DNA of 64,000 nucleotides from an uncultured Verrucomicrobiae bacterium (GTDB taxonomy: Bacteria; Verrucomicrobiota; Verrucomicrobiia; Palsa-1439): positions 32,001 through 96,000 of the forward strand of contig CAWEWF010000010.1 of NCBI GenBank assembly GCA_963812605.1. Reading direction: 5' to 3'. The stretch's first letter is position 1, and the number at the start of each line of letters is the position of its first letter. The translations under genes and the position numbers were made by a program. Shown in pieces: positions 12,708 to 22,807 of the stretch. The notes below the pieces were generated by a model. It was given only the letters and a program-made list of their open reading frames with translations, had not been told where the DNA came from and did not search any database.

Positions 12708-13724
12708 TCAAGATGCCGTGACACGGGATTTTGTCAGCAAAAGATTTGGATTCGGCAGCGACGATTTTTGGAACCACTGGATGGAATCAAGGGCAATCGC
12801 TTCCAAGGGTGTGCGTGCGCTCCACCCCAATTCCCGCGCCGCTTTCGAAAAATCAAACCACTGTCGTCGTCGCGCATGCGCCGCTGTTTCCCGACAAATC
12901 CACTCGCTGCCGATCACCTCGCCCACCCGCGGCGAGTGTGATGATGGACTGTGGCAGGGGGAAGCGTGGGGCCGGGCGTTGGGTCAAGCGTGCCAATAAC
13001 TGAAGAAATTCATCGAGCCGCACATTGTGATGACCGAGTAAATAGCGCTCAGCCGTTCGACCGCGTTCCGCAACCGCCACGATCCCATCCGCCAAATCCG
13101 GCACATGAATAAAATTCAACCCCACGCGAGCACCGAAAGGGAACCGGTTCCGCAAGTAATCCTGTACGATTCGCCCCGTCGGTGTCGGCCCCTCATCTCC
13201 CGCACCCAGCGGGCTGGTTGGCTGGCAATGGTCAGCGGCAACCCGCGGCGCGCGGCTTCCAACGCAAGCAGCTCGGCGCGCCACTTGGAATGCCGTTACG
13301 ACTCTCGTGCGTCGACATTCGCCGGAAAATCGCCCTCGGTTAGTAGTTCGCAATTGCCTTCCAGCACACCGCAGGAACTTACGTGCACGAACTGCTGAAT
13401 GCCATTTCTCTCAGCAGCCTCCAGCAGGTATTTCGTGCCGGAAACGTTTGTTTCCTCGTTCACCCGTCGCGTCTTGCGCCCAAACTGAAATGTTGCGCCC
13501 AGATGAATTACCCTGTCACAGCCTGTCATCGCCCTTGCGACACTGCTGGAGTCGCAGAGATCTCCGCGCGCAATGATTACTTGATCTCCAAATAGCCGTC
13601 GGGCCTTCTCGGGCGCGCGGCAGAATACGCGCACCCGCGCGTCCAGGGAGAGTAACCGACGCACCACGTGGCGGCCGATAAAACCGGTAGCGCCTGTGAC
13701 TAGGAATTGGCCTGATGTGGACAT
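12708..13724 (-). CDS. NAD-dependent epimerase/dehydratase, HpnA-like (hopanoid-associated), frameshifted
   Basis: LVTGATGFIG, PTPTGRIV, LNFIHV.D.A.G and FDFSKAARELG motifs; lies directly upstream of hpnR. Confidence 0.75.
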
Positions 13725-14117
13725 TGCCGAAGTTGTTCTCCCACCATGCTCTCAGTTTCACAAAGAATAGGGGCTCCTGGAAATAAGAACAACTGGAAGA
13801 ACTCCGAAATTTATCTCGGAAACTCGCCTAGATGCCCAAGTCGGAGTCAAAGATGGAAGAGACCACCTGCCAAAGCCTGCATCCGGGTTGATAAACTCTG
13901 CCCTCGAGTGTTACCTGTATTTCACAGGCCACCGCCCCTGATGAAACCATGTTTTCAAGGAACTGGCTACCGGTCCCCCGTCACCCGATTCAGCAAAAGT
14001 CGCAGTTCTGTTTGTAGTATTTCCCTAGGTGGCGATGGGGCAGGTGTCCGATTGTCTGAAAGCGCGTCGTTTCATATCTTGAAAGAGGAAGAAGCATTCG
14101 AACAGATTGGCGCGCCA

Positions 14118-15028
14118 GTGAACAAACCAAAACCGAAGGCGATATATCATTTGATGGAGGAGACTGCAATTGCCTGCTTTAAGAATGGCGTGCCGCGTCT
14201 GGGCGCTTCCCTGTCCTATTACACCCTCTTTGCCATCGCTCCTCTCTTCGTAATCGCCCTGGCGGTTGCCGCTTTCGCTTTTGGGCAGGAGGCAGCGCGC
14301 CACGAATTGTTCGGACAGTTGTCTGCGTTGGTTGGGAAGGAAGGGGGACAAGCCCTCGAAGCGGTCATTGCGGCCGCCAATAAGCCAAAGGCCGTGCACT
14401 GGCCACAACCGTGGCGGTTGTCATGTTATTCATCGGCGCCACGGGCGTATTTGTTGAATTGCAACAAGCCCTCAATATCATTTGGAATGTCACGCGAAGG
14501 CCGCAGCATGGTCTCAGGCGCTTGATCAAAGACCGAATGCTCTCCTTTTCTCTGGTGCTCGGGATTGGCTTTTTGCTTTTGGTGTCCCTCGTTGTGAGCG
14601 CGATGCTCGCTGCGCTGGGCGGGCTGCTCAATGGCATGATCCCCGGTGAAGTCCTGATTCTAGGGGCAATTAACTTTTTCATCTCACTCGGCGTCATCAC
14701 CATCCTGTTCGCGATGATCTTTAAGGCCCTCCCGGATGTGTCGATTGCCTGGAGGGACGTTTCCGTGGGCGCATTCCTCACGGCCGTACTCTTCAATGTT
14801 GGAAAGTTTCTGTTTGGCTTCTACCTGGGAAGAAGCGGAGTGGCTTCGGCGTATGGGGCGGCCGGGGCATTGGTCATTGTTTTGTTATGGGTCTACTACT
14901 CCACGCAAATCCTGCTCTTTGGCGCCCAGTTCACCCGTATTTATGCAAACCGGTACGGTTTACACGCCAGGCCAGCGTCCGGCGCGAAACCAATCTCCCA
15001 TTCGCGAGCAACGCAATCGATTCCCTGA
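14118..15028 (+). CDS. YihY/virulence factor BrkB family inner-membrane protein, frameshifted near 14400
   Basis: RLGASLSYYTLFAIAP and SAYGAAGALVIVLLWVYYS motifs. Confidence 0.9.
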
Positions 15029-15034
15029 ACCGTC

Positions 15035-15853
15035 ATGGACACAAACACAACCCAGCAAATCGCGTTTGGCTTGGAGGGGCCTCCCTGGTTGCGGTGGGAG
15101 TTCCTGGGCAACCAGGTGTGGCAATACTTGGTCTTTTTTGGATATGTGGTCGCGGCGGTCGTTCTGTCCAAATTAGTGGACATCCTTTTACGCCGCGCTT
15201 TCAAGACCTCTGGTCAACCTGTCAAGACCGGGATTACTGAAAGACTTTTGCGGGTACTCCGCATTCCCCTTAAGATTACGGTGTTTATCTTTCTGCTGCA
15301 TTTGGGCGTGCGACCCATGAACAAACCGACTTGGCTGCAAGAATATCTGGACCACGGGTTCGGCATTTTGATTGCGATTGCCATCACGTATGCGGCCGTT
15401 AAATCCGTCGATTTCGGCTTTGAAATGGCCCGAGAACATCTGCGGACCCGTGCGCGCCGCACTCAGGACCCGATTCTGCTTCTATTGGAGAGAGCGGCGA
15501 GAATTTTCGTCATCGGCGTGGCGATTCTCGTCACAGCGGACAACAATGGAATCAAAGTTGGCGGTGTGCTTGCCAGTGTCGGACTTACAGGCCTGGCGGT
15601 GGCCCTGGCTGCCCAGGAAACACTTTCCAATTTTCTCGGTTCCATTGTCATTCTTACCGACAGCCCATTTTTTGTTGGCGACCGGGTTAAAATCGACACC
15701 TTCGAGGGGACCGTCGAGCATATTGGAATTCGCAGTACGCGACTCCAGACTGCCGATGGAAATATCGTCACGATACCCAACCGCACGGTCGCGGGCACTG
15801 CCGTGATAAACTATTCAAAAACCGCGCAGCAATTAACTTCGCAGGGACAATGA
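15035..15853 (+). CDS. Small-conductance mechanosensitive channel (MscS family)
   Basis: GLAVALAAQETLSN, PFFVGDRV and GTVEHIGIRST motifs. Confidence 0.9.
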   Translation: MDTNTTQQIAFGLEGPPWLRWEFLGNQVWQYLVFFGYVVAAVVLSKLVDILLRRAFKTSGQPVKTGITERLLRVLRIPLKITVFIFLLHLGVRPMNKPTWLQEYLDHGFGILIAIAITYAAVKSVDFGFEMAREHLRTRARRTQDPILLLLERAARIFVIGVAILVTADNNGIKVGGVLASVGLTGLAVALAAQETLSNFLGSIVILTDSPFFVGDRVKIDTFEGTVEHIGIRSTRLQTADGNIVTIPNRTVAGTAVINYSKTAQQLTSQGQ

Positions 15854-15992
15854 AAAGCCGAACGGTCAAATCGGCGATCCTGAAAATCATTTGGCTGTTA
15901 GGAAGGCGCCCTATGCAAGAATTCGCCTTTGTCCAATTGTCGACGACCCAATAATAATCCATAATCCGCCGCATTGCAGCCAAGGAGAATTT

Positions 15993-16432
15993 ATGATGGC
16001 AACAGGTGGCGATACAGAGTTGGCGGTTCGGGTAGCAAACCGACCCGGTGCTGAAGGTCGAATTTTGTCCATGATGGCGGACAACAGTGTCAATGTTCTG
16101 GCGCTGTGTTCCTACAGCGCCGGAGATCAATTGGTGGTCTTGCTCGTCCCGGACAAACCGCGGCTGGCCAAGCAGGCGCTGATTAGCACCGGGTTTGATT
16201 GCCGGCTTAATTCCATCGTGACCGCGAAGGTGCAGAACCGGATCGGGGCCCTGGCGGACTCGGAGCGCAATTGAAGGCGGCTGGTATTGAAATCCTTTAC
16301 TCGTATGCCTCGTACAACGAAACCGGGGAAATTTTTGTGGTGTTCAAAACCAGTGACGACGTTCTGGCGCATCAGACCTTGGAGGAAACCCGCGAGGGCC
16401 CCGCGAGGGCGCGCATGCAGGATGCCGCTTAA
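15993..16432 (+). CDS. Tandem ACT-domain protein, frameshifted
   Basis: VANRPGAEGRIL and VQNRIGALA ACT repeats; RBS aaggag upstream. Confidence 0.65.
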
Positions 16433-16569
16433 ACCGATTCGCCGGTGTTCGCAGGAACCCTCACTAGGAAAAAGCCTCAAGACACCTGCGGTCTTTACCT
16501 AACAGACAGTCAGCACACCAACCGATTGCGTAATCGTTGAAATGAGAAGAGCATTATCACCAACAGCCC

Positions 16570-17484
16570 ATGAAGATGACCGGCCTACGGGACGATGTAT
16601 TCGTCGCGGTGCGAGTGCGGCGGGCGCGGCTTGTTGTTCTCAGCTTTCCATTGCTACTATTGGCCTTTGAAGCGGCGGCCCAGTCGCCGGCGACGGATCT
16701 GTCTGTGGATGAGTTGGTAAAGCGGACGGCCGCCCACGAGCTGGATGCATCAGTGTTCCCGGGTTACTATCAATATAGTCTTGAAGAGCGCACCGCGCGC
16801 GGTCCTGAAACCCACGAAGTCATTGAAACCCGAAGCTGGACGATTGAACGCCTGGTTCTTAAGAATGGGCGACCTCTCGCAAGGGTGGAGCAGGAGCGAG
16901 AGGAACGGCGTTTGCGGAATCTTTTAACGAGTCCGGCGCGGCTTCAAGCATTTCAACGGGAACAATTGTCGCGTAAGGAACGCCTGCGAGCGTTCATCGC
17001 GGCGTTTCCGCAAGCATTTTCCTGCCAGTATGATGACGCGGCGCAGGAAAATCCGCCCCAGGGATTCGTTCGGTTGCGGTTTCATCCCAATCCCCGGTTC
17101 ATTTGCCGCTCATGGGAGTTGCGACCGTTACAGGGAATGGAAGGCACTTTGTTAATCGAGCCCACGGCTGCGCGTTTGGCGTGGATGGATGCCAGGTTCT
17201 TCCGGGACGTGGATTTCGGCGGAGGACTTCTGGGTCGGATTGACCGCGGAGGGACGTTCCAATTTGAACAACAACCTTTGGGAGACAATCATTGGGCGAT
17301 CACAACCCTGGCGATGCATTTCAACAAGCGGGTGTTCCTGGCCAATATTCGCGTGGATTCGGTTACAAAAACGAGTGCCTTCCGCTGCGTACCCAAAGAC
17401 ATGAGTTTACAACAGGGGGTGCAACGATTGCTGGAGCAAACTCAACCAACAGTTGCCTTGCGGGAGTCAAAACAGCCCCGATAG
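16570..17484 (+). CDS. Secreted conserved hypothetical protein
   Basis: 304-aa ORF with signal peptide; F.PNP.F and DVDFGGGLLG...GG motifs. Confidence 0.7.
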   Translation: MKMTGLRDDVFVAVRVRRARLVVLSFPLLLLAFEAAAQSPATDLSVDELVKRTAAHELDASVFPGYYQYSLEERTARGPETHEVIETRSWTIERLVLKNGRPLARVEQEREERRLRNLLTSPARLQAFQREQLSRKERLRAFIAAFPQAFSCQYDDAAQENPPQGFVRLRFHPNPRFICRSWELRPLQGMEGTLLIEPTAARLAWMDARFFRDVDFGGGLLGRIDRGGTFQFEQQPLGDNHWAITTLAMHFNKRVFLANIRVDSVTKTSAFRCVPKDMSLQQGVQRLLEQTQPTVALRESKQPR

Positions 17485-17515
17485 GTTTTTTCCACGCGAC
17501 CGCTTTCGAAGAGTT

Positions 17516-18574
17516 TCAACCGCGGCGATCCACTTCAACCGGGGGCTTTGCGGAAGTTTCCCTGACTGTCAGATGCGACGGAAGCAGCACATCCATGAGG
17601 CTTTCGTCCTCTGAATCGGCGCGCTTCAGCAACAGTTCCGCGGCGGTCACTCCGATTTTTTCCGGGTCGGCATGCGCGCCCGTAATTTGGGGATGTTCCT
17701 CCACGCAAACACGCGTGGCATCCACGGCGACCACGCTGATTTCTTCCGGCACATGCCATCCGTTTTGCATCAGGCAATTAATCACCCCGCGGGCCATCAA
17801 ACCGTTGGCGCAGATCCAGGCGGTGGGAAAATTCTTGCGGGAGATTTGTTCCAGCATGATTTCCCCGGCTTTCCATCCACCGAGGCGGTCGCCAAGCTCG
17901 ACGTTCATCGTGAATTTGTCAGCCAGTTTCAAGTCGTGCTGACCCAGGGCCTCAATCAATCCGGCGCGGCGGCGAATATTATAATGAAGCCCCTTGTCGC
18001 CGGCGACCCAGGCAAACTGGCGGTGTCCCAGTTCCGCCAGATGAGCCACCAAAAGACTTAACGCCTGCTTTTCGTTGGGCATCACCGAATGGCAGATTCC
18101 AGGGTAGCTCACGGATATGGCCACGAGATTCGGCTGCACCGCTTTGATGGCTTTCAGGAATTTCTCGTCCACCTGCCCGAGAATTGCCAGGCCAAAGACC
18201 TGGTTTTGCCGGAGCTTTTGTTGCACGGTGCGAACGCCAAGATCATCTTCCGATCCCAAAAATACCGAGTGGTAACCATGCGCCAGCAGGCCTGCATGCA
18301 GTCCATGTTGGACATGGCTGAAGAAATTGCTCTGGGTATGCAGCCGCAGCCCGCTGCGCAATATGAACCCCACGTTTGTAACCAGGGCGCCGTTGCCGTT
18401 CAACTGCATGCCCTTGGGCCGGTATCCGATCTTGAGCGCGTGGTCCCAAATCCGCTGGTAGGAATCCGGGTTGATGTTTTCCCGCTTCCCGTTCAGAACC
18501 ATGGAAACCAATGCCTGGGAAACATTCAGGTCATGGGCGATGCGCTGTTGCGAAACAGTCTCCTTTTTCTTCAC
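17516..18574 (-). CDS. LacI-family transcriptional regulator
   Basis: HTH SQQRIAHDLNVSQALVSMVLNG followed by a sugar-binding domain (PTAWICANG, VPEEISVV). Confidence 0.9.
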   Translation of the reverse strand: MKKKETVSQQRIAHDLNVSQALVSMVLNGKRENINPDSYQRIWDHALKIGYRPKGMQLNGNGALVTNVGFILRSGLRLHTQSNFFSHVQHGLHAGLLAHGYHSVFLGSEDDLGVRTVQQKLRQNQVFGLAILGQVDEKFLKAIKAVQPNLVAISVSYPGICHSVMPNEKQALSLLVAHLAELGHRQFAWVAGDKGLHYNIRRRAGLIEALGQHDLKLADKFTMNVELGDRLGGWKAGEIMLEQISRKNFPTAWICANGLMARGVINCLMQNGWHVPEEISVVAVDATRVCVEEHPQITGAHADPEKIGVTAAELLLKRADSEDESLMDVLLPSHLTVRETSAKPPVEVDRRG

Positions 18575-18652
18575 GGCAAGGAATTTAGTCCAATAACAGG
18601 GCGGTTGAAAGGAGAAAGTGCCGACGGCTGCGCCAGTTTATAATCTTTCCAC

Positions 18653-18686
18653 TTGCAAGTGGGCCGAATACTTGATAAGTATTAAA
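18653..18686 (+). promoter_or_regulatory. Putative promoter/operator: TTGCAA followed by CTTGATAAGTATTAA
   Basis: Lies in the divergent LacI/dehydrogenase intergenic region; the same motif recurs at 22494 and 33090. Confidence 0.55.
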
Positions 18687-19702
18687 TGATGTCGAACCAT
18701 CGCGCCATTGTTGCCTTGAGTGACCTTGAGGCCGCCGATTTTCTTCCCGGTCCGCTCTGGGAGGAATTGGAAGAACTCCTGCCCGGATACCGCCGTATCC
18801 GCCTCCCGTTGACCGGCGCGGACGATTGGGAGCGACTCTGGCGCGGGTCTCCGGCGGACATTCTCATTTCCGCGTGGCAAACGCCCTCCCTTAACTCCAC
18901 TTTGCAGCCGGCGGATTTAAAGCCGTTACAGTACGTTTGCCACCTGGCGGGCACCATTCGCAAACTTATCCCCCGGGAGTTGATCGAGCAGGGGCTGGTG
19001 GTCACGAATTGGGGAGGTTCAATCAGCGCGACCGTTGCCGAATGCACGCTGATGCTGATCTTGATGGCTTTGCGGCGCGCCTCGTACTGGGCTGTGGCCA
19101 TGCATCGGGACGGGGCCTGGAAAGACGGGAACACCTACACCCAAAGTTTGCTGGGCCGGCGCATAGGAATTCATGGCTTCGGCTCGATTAGCCAGTGCCT
19201 GGTCCCGATGCTGCGGCCGTTTACCTCGCAAATTCAGGCCTTTTCACCGAGTATGCCGGACGAGATTTTCTCCAGCCATGGCGTGAAACGTCTGGCGTCG
19301 CTGGAGGAGTTGTTTGCCGAATCGGACGTGGTGGTGGAGTTGGCCGCGGCAACGCCGGAGAATTATCATATCGTGACGGAAAGTCATCTGCGCATGATTC
19401 CCGAAGGCGGCGCGTTTGTAAACGTGGCGCGCGGTTGTGTGGTGGATGGCGACGGACTGCTCCGTGTCGCACGCGAAGGTCGGCTGCAAATTGCGCTCGA
19501 TGTTTTCGAAGAAGAACCGTTGCCGGTCAATTCACCCTTGCGCGGATTGCCGAACGTCACGCTCCTGCCCCACCTCGGCGGGCCCACGCGCGACCGGCGT
19601 CGCGATGCCGGGGCGTTCGCATTGAAGAATCTTCGGGCCTTTTTGCGCGGGGACCCACTGGACGCCGTTGTGACCTTGGAGGTTTATGACCGATCCAGTT
19701 AG
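18686..19702 (+). CDS. D-2-hydroxyacid dehydrogenase
   Basis: IGIHGFGSI, FVNVARG, ALDVFEEEP and LPHLGG motifs. Confidence 0.9.
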   Translation: MMSNHRAIVALSDLEAADFLPGPLWEELEELLPGYRRIRLPLTGADDWERLWRGSPADILISAWQTPSLNSTLQPADLKPLQYVCHLAGTIRKLIPRELIEQGLVVTNWGGSISATVAECTLMLILMALRRASYWAVAMHRDGAWKDGNTYTQSLLGRRIGIHGFGSISQCLVPMLRPFTSQIQAFSPSMPDEIFSSHGVKRLASLEELFAESDVVVELAAATPENYHIVTESHLRMIPEGGAFVNVARGCVVDGDGLLRVAREGRLQIALDVFEEEPLPVNSPLRGLPNVTLLPHLGGPTRDRRRDAGAFALKNLRAFLRGDPLDAVVTLEVYDRSS

Positions 19703-20570
19703 CGCCAGCGGCCTTTCGTGGGGCGCGTCGACCCTCGGTTGCGCGGAGTTCTCCCTTCCGGAAGTCTGCGAACTTCTCAGTGAGTTTGATCTTCACGAGC
19801 TGGAGGTTCGCGCTCTGGACGGGCGTGTGGATTTGCCGCAATGGGCGGTGGATGCGGGCTGGCCGCACCAGCGGGCAACCGCATTGCTGGCGAAGCATCA
19901 AATCCGACTCCGTGTCGCGGGCTCTTCCTTCAAACTCGTCGACAACGATGGGAAGTCCCGGGCCGAGATGTTGGCGTTCTGCCAGTGGGCCGATTCCTGG
20001 GGCGCGCCGTACGTCCGCGCTTTTGGCGGCGGCACCTGGGGGCAGCCGCTAAACGAAGCGGATTACGAGCGAGCGGCCCGGACGGTTGCGTGGTGGCAAC
20101 AGGAAAAAAAACTGCGCGGCTGGCGGGTTGAACTGTTGCTCGAAACGCACGACGGATTCTCCGCGTCAGCCCCCTGTCGCAAGCTGCTCACCCGATTGCA
20201 TGAACCGATCGGCATCATCTGGGATTCACATCACACCTGGCGGCTCGGCGGCGAAGCGCCGCGCGAATCGTGGTCGCAACTCTCCCCGTGGATTCGTCAC
20301 GTTCACATCAAGGACAGCATTGCCAAAGCCTCAGCGCGGCATCCGTACACGTACGTTCTACCCGGTGAGGGCGAAATGCCACTGGGACAAATCGTCGATC
20401 TGCTTACCGAGCACCGATTCGCGGGAGCCGTTTCGCTGGAATGGGAGCGTCTCTGGCATCCGTATCTGCCGCCGTTGCGCGAGGCGTTGACGCGATTGGA
20501 AGCCCAGCCGTGGTTTGTGACCTCTGTGAAAGCTGTCAATGAACACCAATCTCCTGTCATCGCCCGTTAA
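19686..20570 (+). CDS. Sugar phosphate isomerase/epimerase (TIM barrel)
   Basis: STLGC, LLETHD, IWDSHH, HVHIKD and SLEWE motifs. Confidence 0.85.
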   Translation: MTDPVSASGLSWGASTLGCAEFSLPEVCELLSEFDLHELEVRALDGRVDLPQWAVDAGWPHQRATALLAKHQIRLRVAGSSFKLVDNDGKSRAEMLAFCQWADSWGAPYVRAFGGGTWGQPLNEADYERAARTVAWWQQEKKLRGWRVELLLETHDGFSASAPCRKLLTRLHEPIGIIWDSHHTWRLGGEAPRESWSQLSPWIRHVHIKDSIAKASARHPYTYVLPGEGEMPLGQIVDLLTEHRFAGAVSLEWERLWHPYLPPLREALTRLEAQPWFVTSVKAVNEHQSPVIAR

Positions 20571-22478
20571 TTCTCCCGCAACAATTCCGTATGTTCCCGT
20601 AAATACGCCAACGGTGGGCACTTACGAATGGTGGCGTTCCGCTGCCGAAGATCTTCTTGTTCCGCTGGTTGCGCTGATGAAACCCGGCAAGGCGGATTTG
20701 CCATTACGCGGGCAAGCCAGCAATCATGGCGCGCAAGCCGACCGCCTCGAGTCCTTTGCCCGCCCGTGCCTGTTGGCAGCCCATTGGTTGGTGAGCGAAC
20801 CGGGCGCGGCCGAGAAACTTTCCCGCAATGAGGTTGCAACATGGTTCCAGCGCGGATTGGTGATGGGCACCGACCCTTCCGGTCCGGATCCTGGGGGCCA
20901 ACGGCCAATCACCACCAGCACACCGTCGAAATGGCGGCGCTGACCCTGGCACTGCAAATTGCCCGCCCGTTCCTGTGGGAGCCGTTGTCGAACCGGAGCG
21001 CGAGCAGGTGGCGCGGTGGTTCGCCAGCATTCGCGGTGCGGGGTTGCATCGCAACAACCACATGTTTTTCAGCGTGATGACACTCGCCTTCCTGAATCAG
21101 GAGGGCTTTGCCCGGAGTAGCGACGCGCCCGTGATCCGCCATTTGCTGGACGTGCTCGAAAGTATGGCGCTGGGCGGCGGATGGTTCATCGACGGGATGA
21201 ATGAGACGGTGGATTACTACCAAGCCTACGCCTTTCATTATTACGGACAATGGTGGGCCAGACTTTATGGTTATACCGACCCCAAACGCGCCCGCCGTTG
21301 GAAAGATTGGACCCGCCAGTTTCTTAAGGATTACATCCATTTCTTTGCCGCCAGTGGCGAGAATCCTCCGTTCGGACGGTCGCAATGCTACCGGTTTGCT
21401 GCCTCAGCGCCGTTTGGTCTCGCGGAATTTTGCGGCGTGTCGGCGGTGCCGCCAGGGCAGGCCCGGCGAGTCTGCACGCGCAACCTGGATTTCTTTCTCC
21501 GTCGCCACCCGTTGCAGAAGCAAGGGGCGTTGTCTCTCGGCTGGACCGACGAATTTCCGGAAGATCACCGAGGCTTACAGTTGCGCCGCCTCCGCGTATT
21601 GGGCCGCGAAAGGATTTGCCCCGTTGCTGCTGTCATCCAAACACCGTTTTTGGCAGGCGAAGGAAGAACAACTCCCGTCTGAAAAATCTGATTTCCAGGT
21701 AGCCGTGCCGCAAACCGGATTGGTCGTGCGCAGTCATGACGGCGAAATCGAGGTCTTGAACAACGCCAATGGGATCAACGTGGGCAACATGGAGTTCGGC
21801 ACGTGGAAATGGGGCAAATTGAGTTTCCGCTCCGGCATCTGTGGCGAGCTCGCACCGTCCCCCACGCGTTATCCACTGGACGCGGCGCTTACGGCAGAAT
21901 TCGCGAACGGCTCGATTTATGGTCGTCACCAATGTCAGCCCATTGCCGTGACAGCGGATCATTGCGCGTCGGTGTACGGTTTGGGCGACCGGTTGAGCCA
22001 GAACCACGCCAGTGTGGAAACATATGTCTGGTGGAAGGGGGGCTGGCAGTTCCAGTGGCATCGCGTGCTCGCTTATCAACCGGCCATCTTTCGCCTGGGC
22101 ACGTATAGTTTGCCGCTGAAAGATGCCGCGCACCGCGAACTGACGATTCCCGGGGGTTTTGGACGCGCCCATACCGCTGAAGTAGGCGTGGCCATCCAGC
22201 CATTGCTGGGTTTCCCGCACATCAAGGCGCACGAGTCCGATCCGGAACGCCGCACGCACATTCTCGCCTGGCATTCGCTCATTCTGACGGCGGAAACGGA
22301 AAAGATCGACGGCGAGCAGCACTTGATGGCCCTGGTTGCGGTTGGGAGGACCGACAAGGAACGCACCCCTTGGAAGGTCCAGTCCAGTTCCGAGGGGAAA
22401 CTGACGCTGCGCCATCCGGCGCTCGGTGAATGGCATCTGGTACACCCCGAATTACCGCTATTGTCCGCCATAGGTTGA
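20539..22478 (+). CDS. DUF2264-domain protein (related to GH154 glucuronidases), frameshifted
   Basis: ADRLESFARP, GTDP, QHTVEMA, NNH..F, GGGWF.DG, DYY..YAFHYY and FGRS..YRFA motifs. Confidence 0.8.
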
Positions 22479-22509
22479 CAATTTATTAGTCCGCTTGATA
22501 ATTATGATT
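22475..22509 (+). promoter_or_regulatory. Sigma70-like promoter (TTGACA-N16-GATAAT) overlapped by operator-like CTTGATAATTATGA
   Basis: Read directly from sequence; upstream of the large secreted protein gene. Confidence 0.6.
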
Positions 22510-22807
22510 CTCCGATTGGCCGATGGTGGAGGACTTGACACGCGGCAACGGGCCAACCTCTCCACCAAATTGATGAATTACCTCCTGCGGCACGGGAAAC
22601 GCTATGGAGAATTGTTCGCATGGAGAGATTCGAAAAACAGGAAAGAATTCGCTTGCATTTCCCGGCGGGCCCCCGTTAATATTTATAAAGATAGAAGACC
22701 GGGAAGGCTCGTTCTTCACGGCGGGAATCGTAGACGCGCTGGTTGGCAAAGCGCTTGGGAACCCAGGAGCAATACTGATGCTCCTTAAACGGCAAGGGAT
22801 GGATAAC

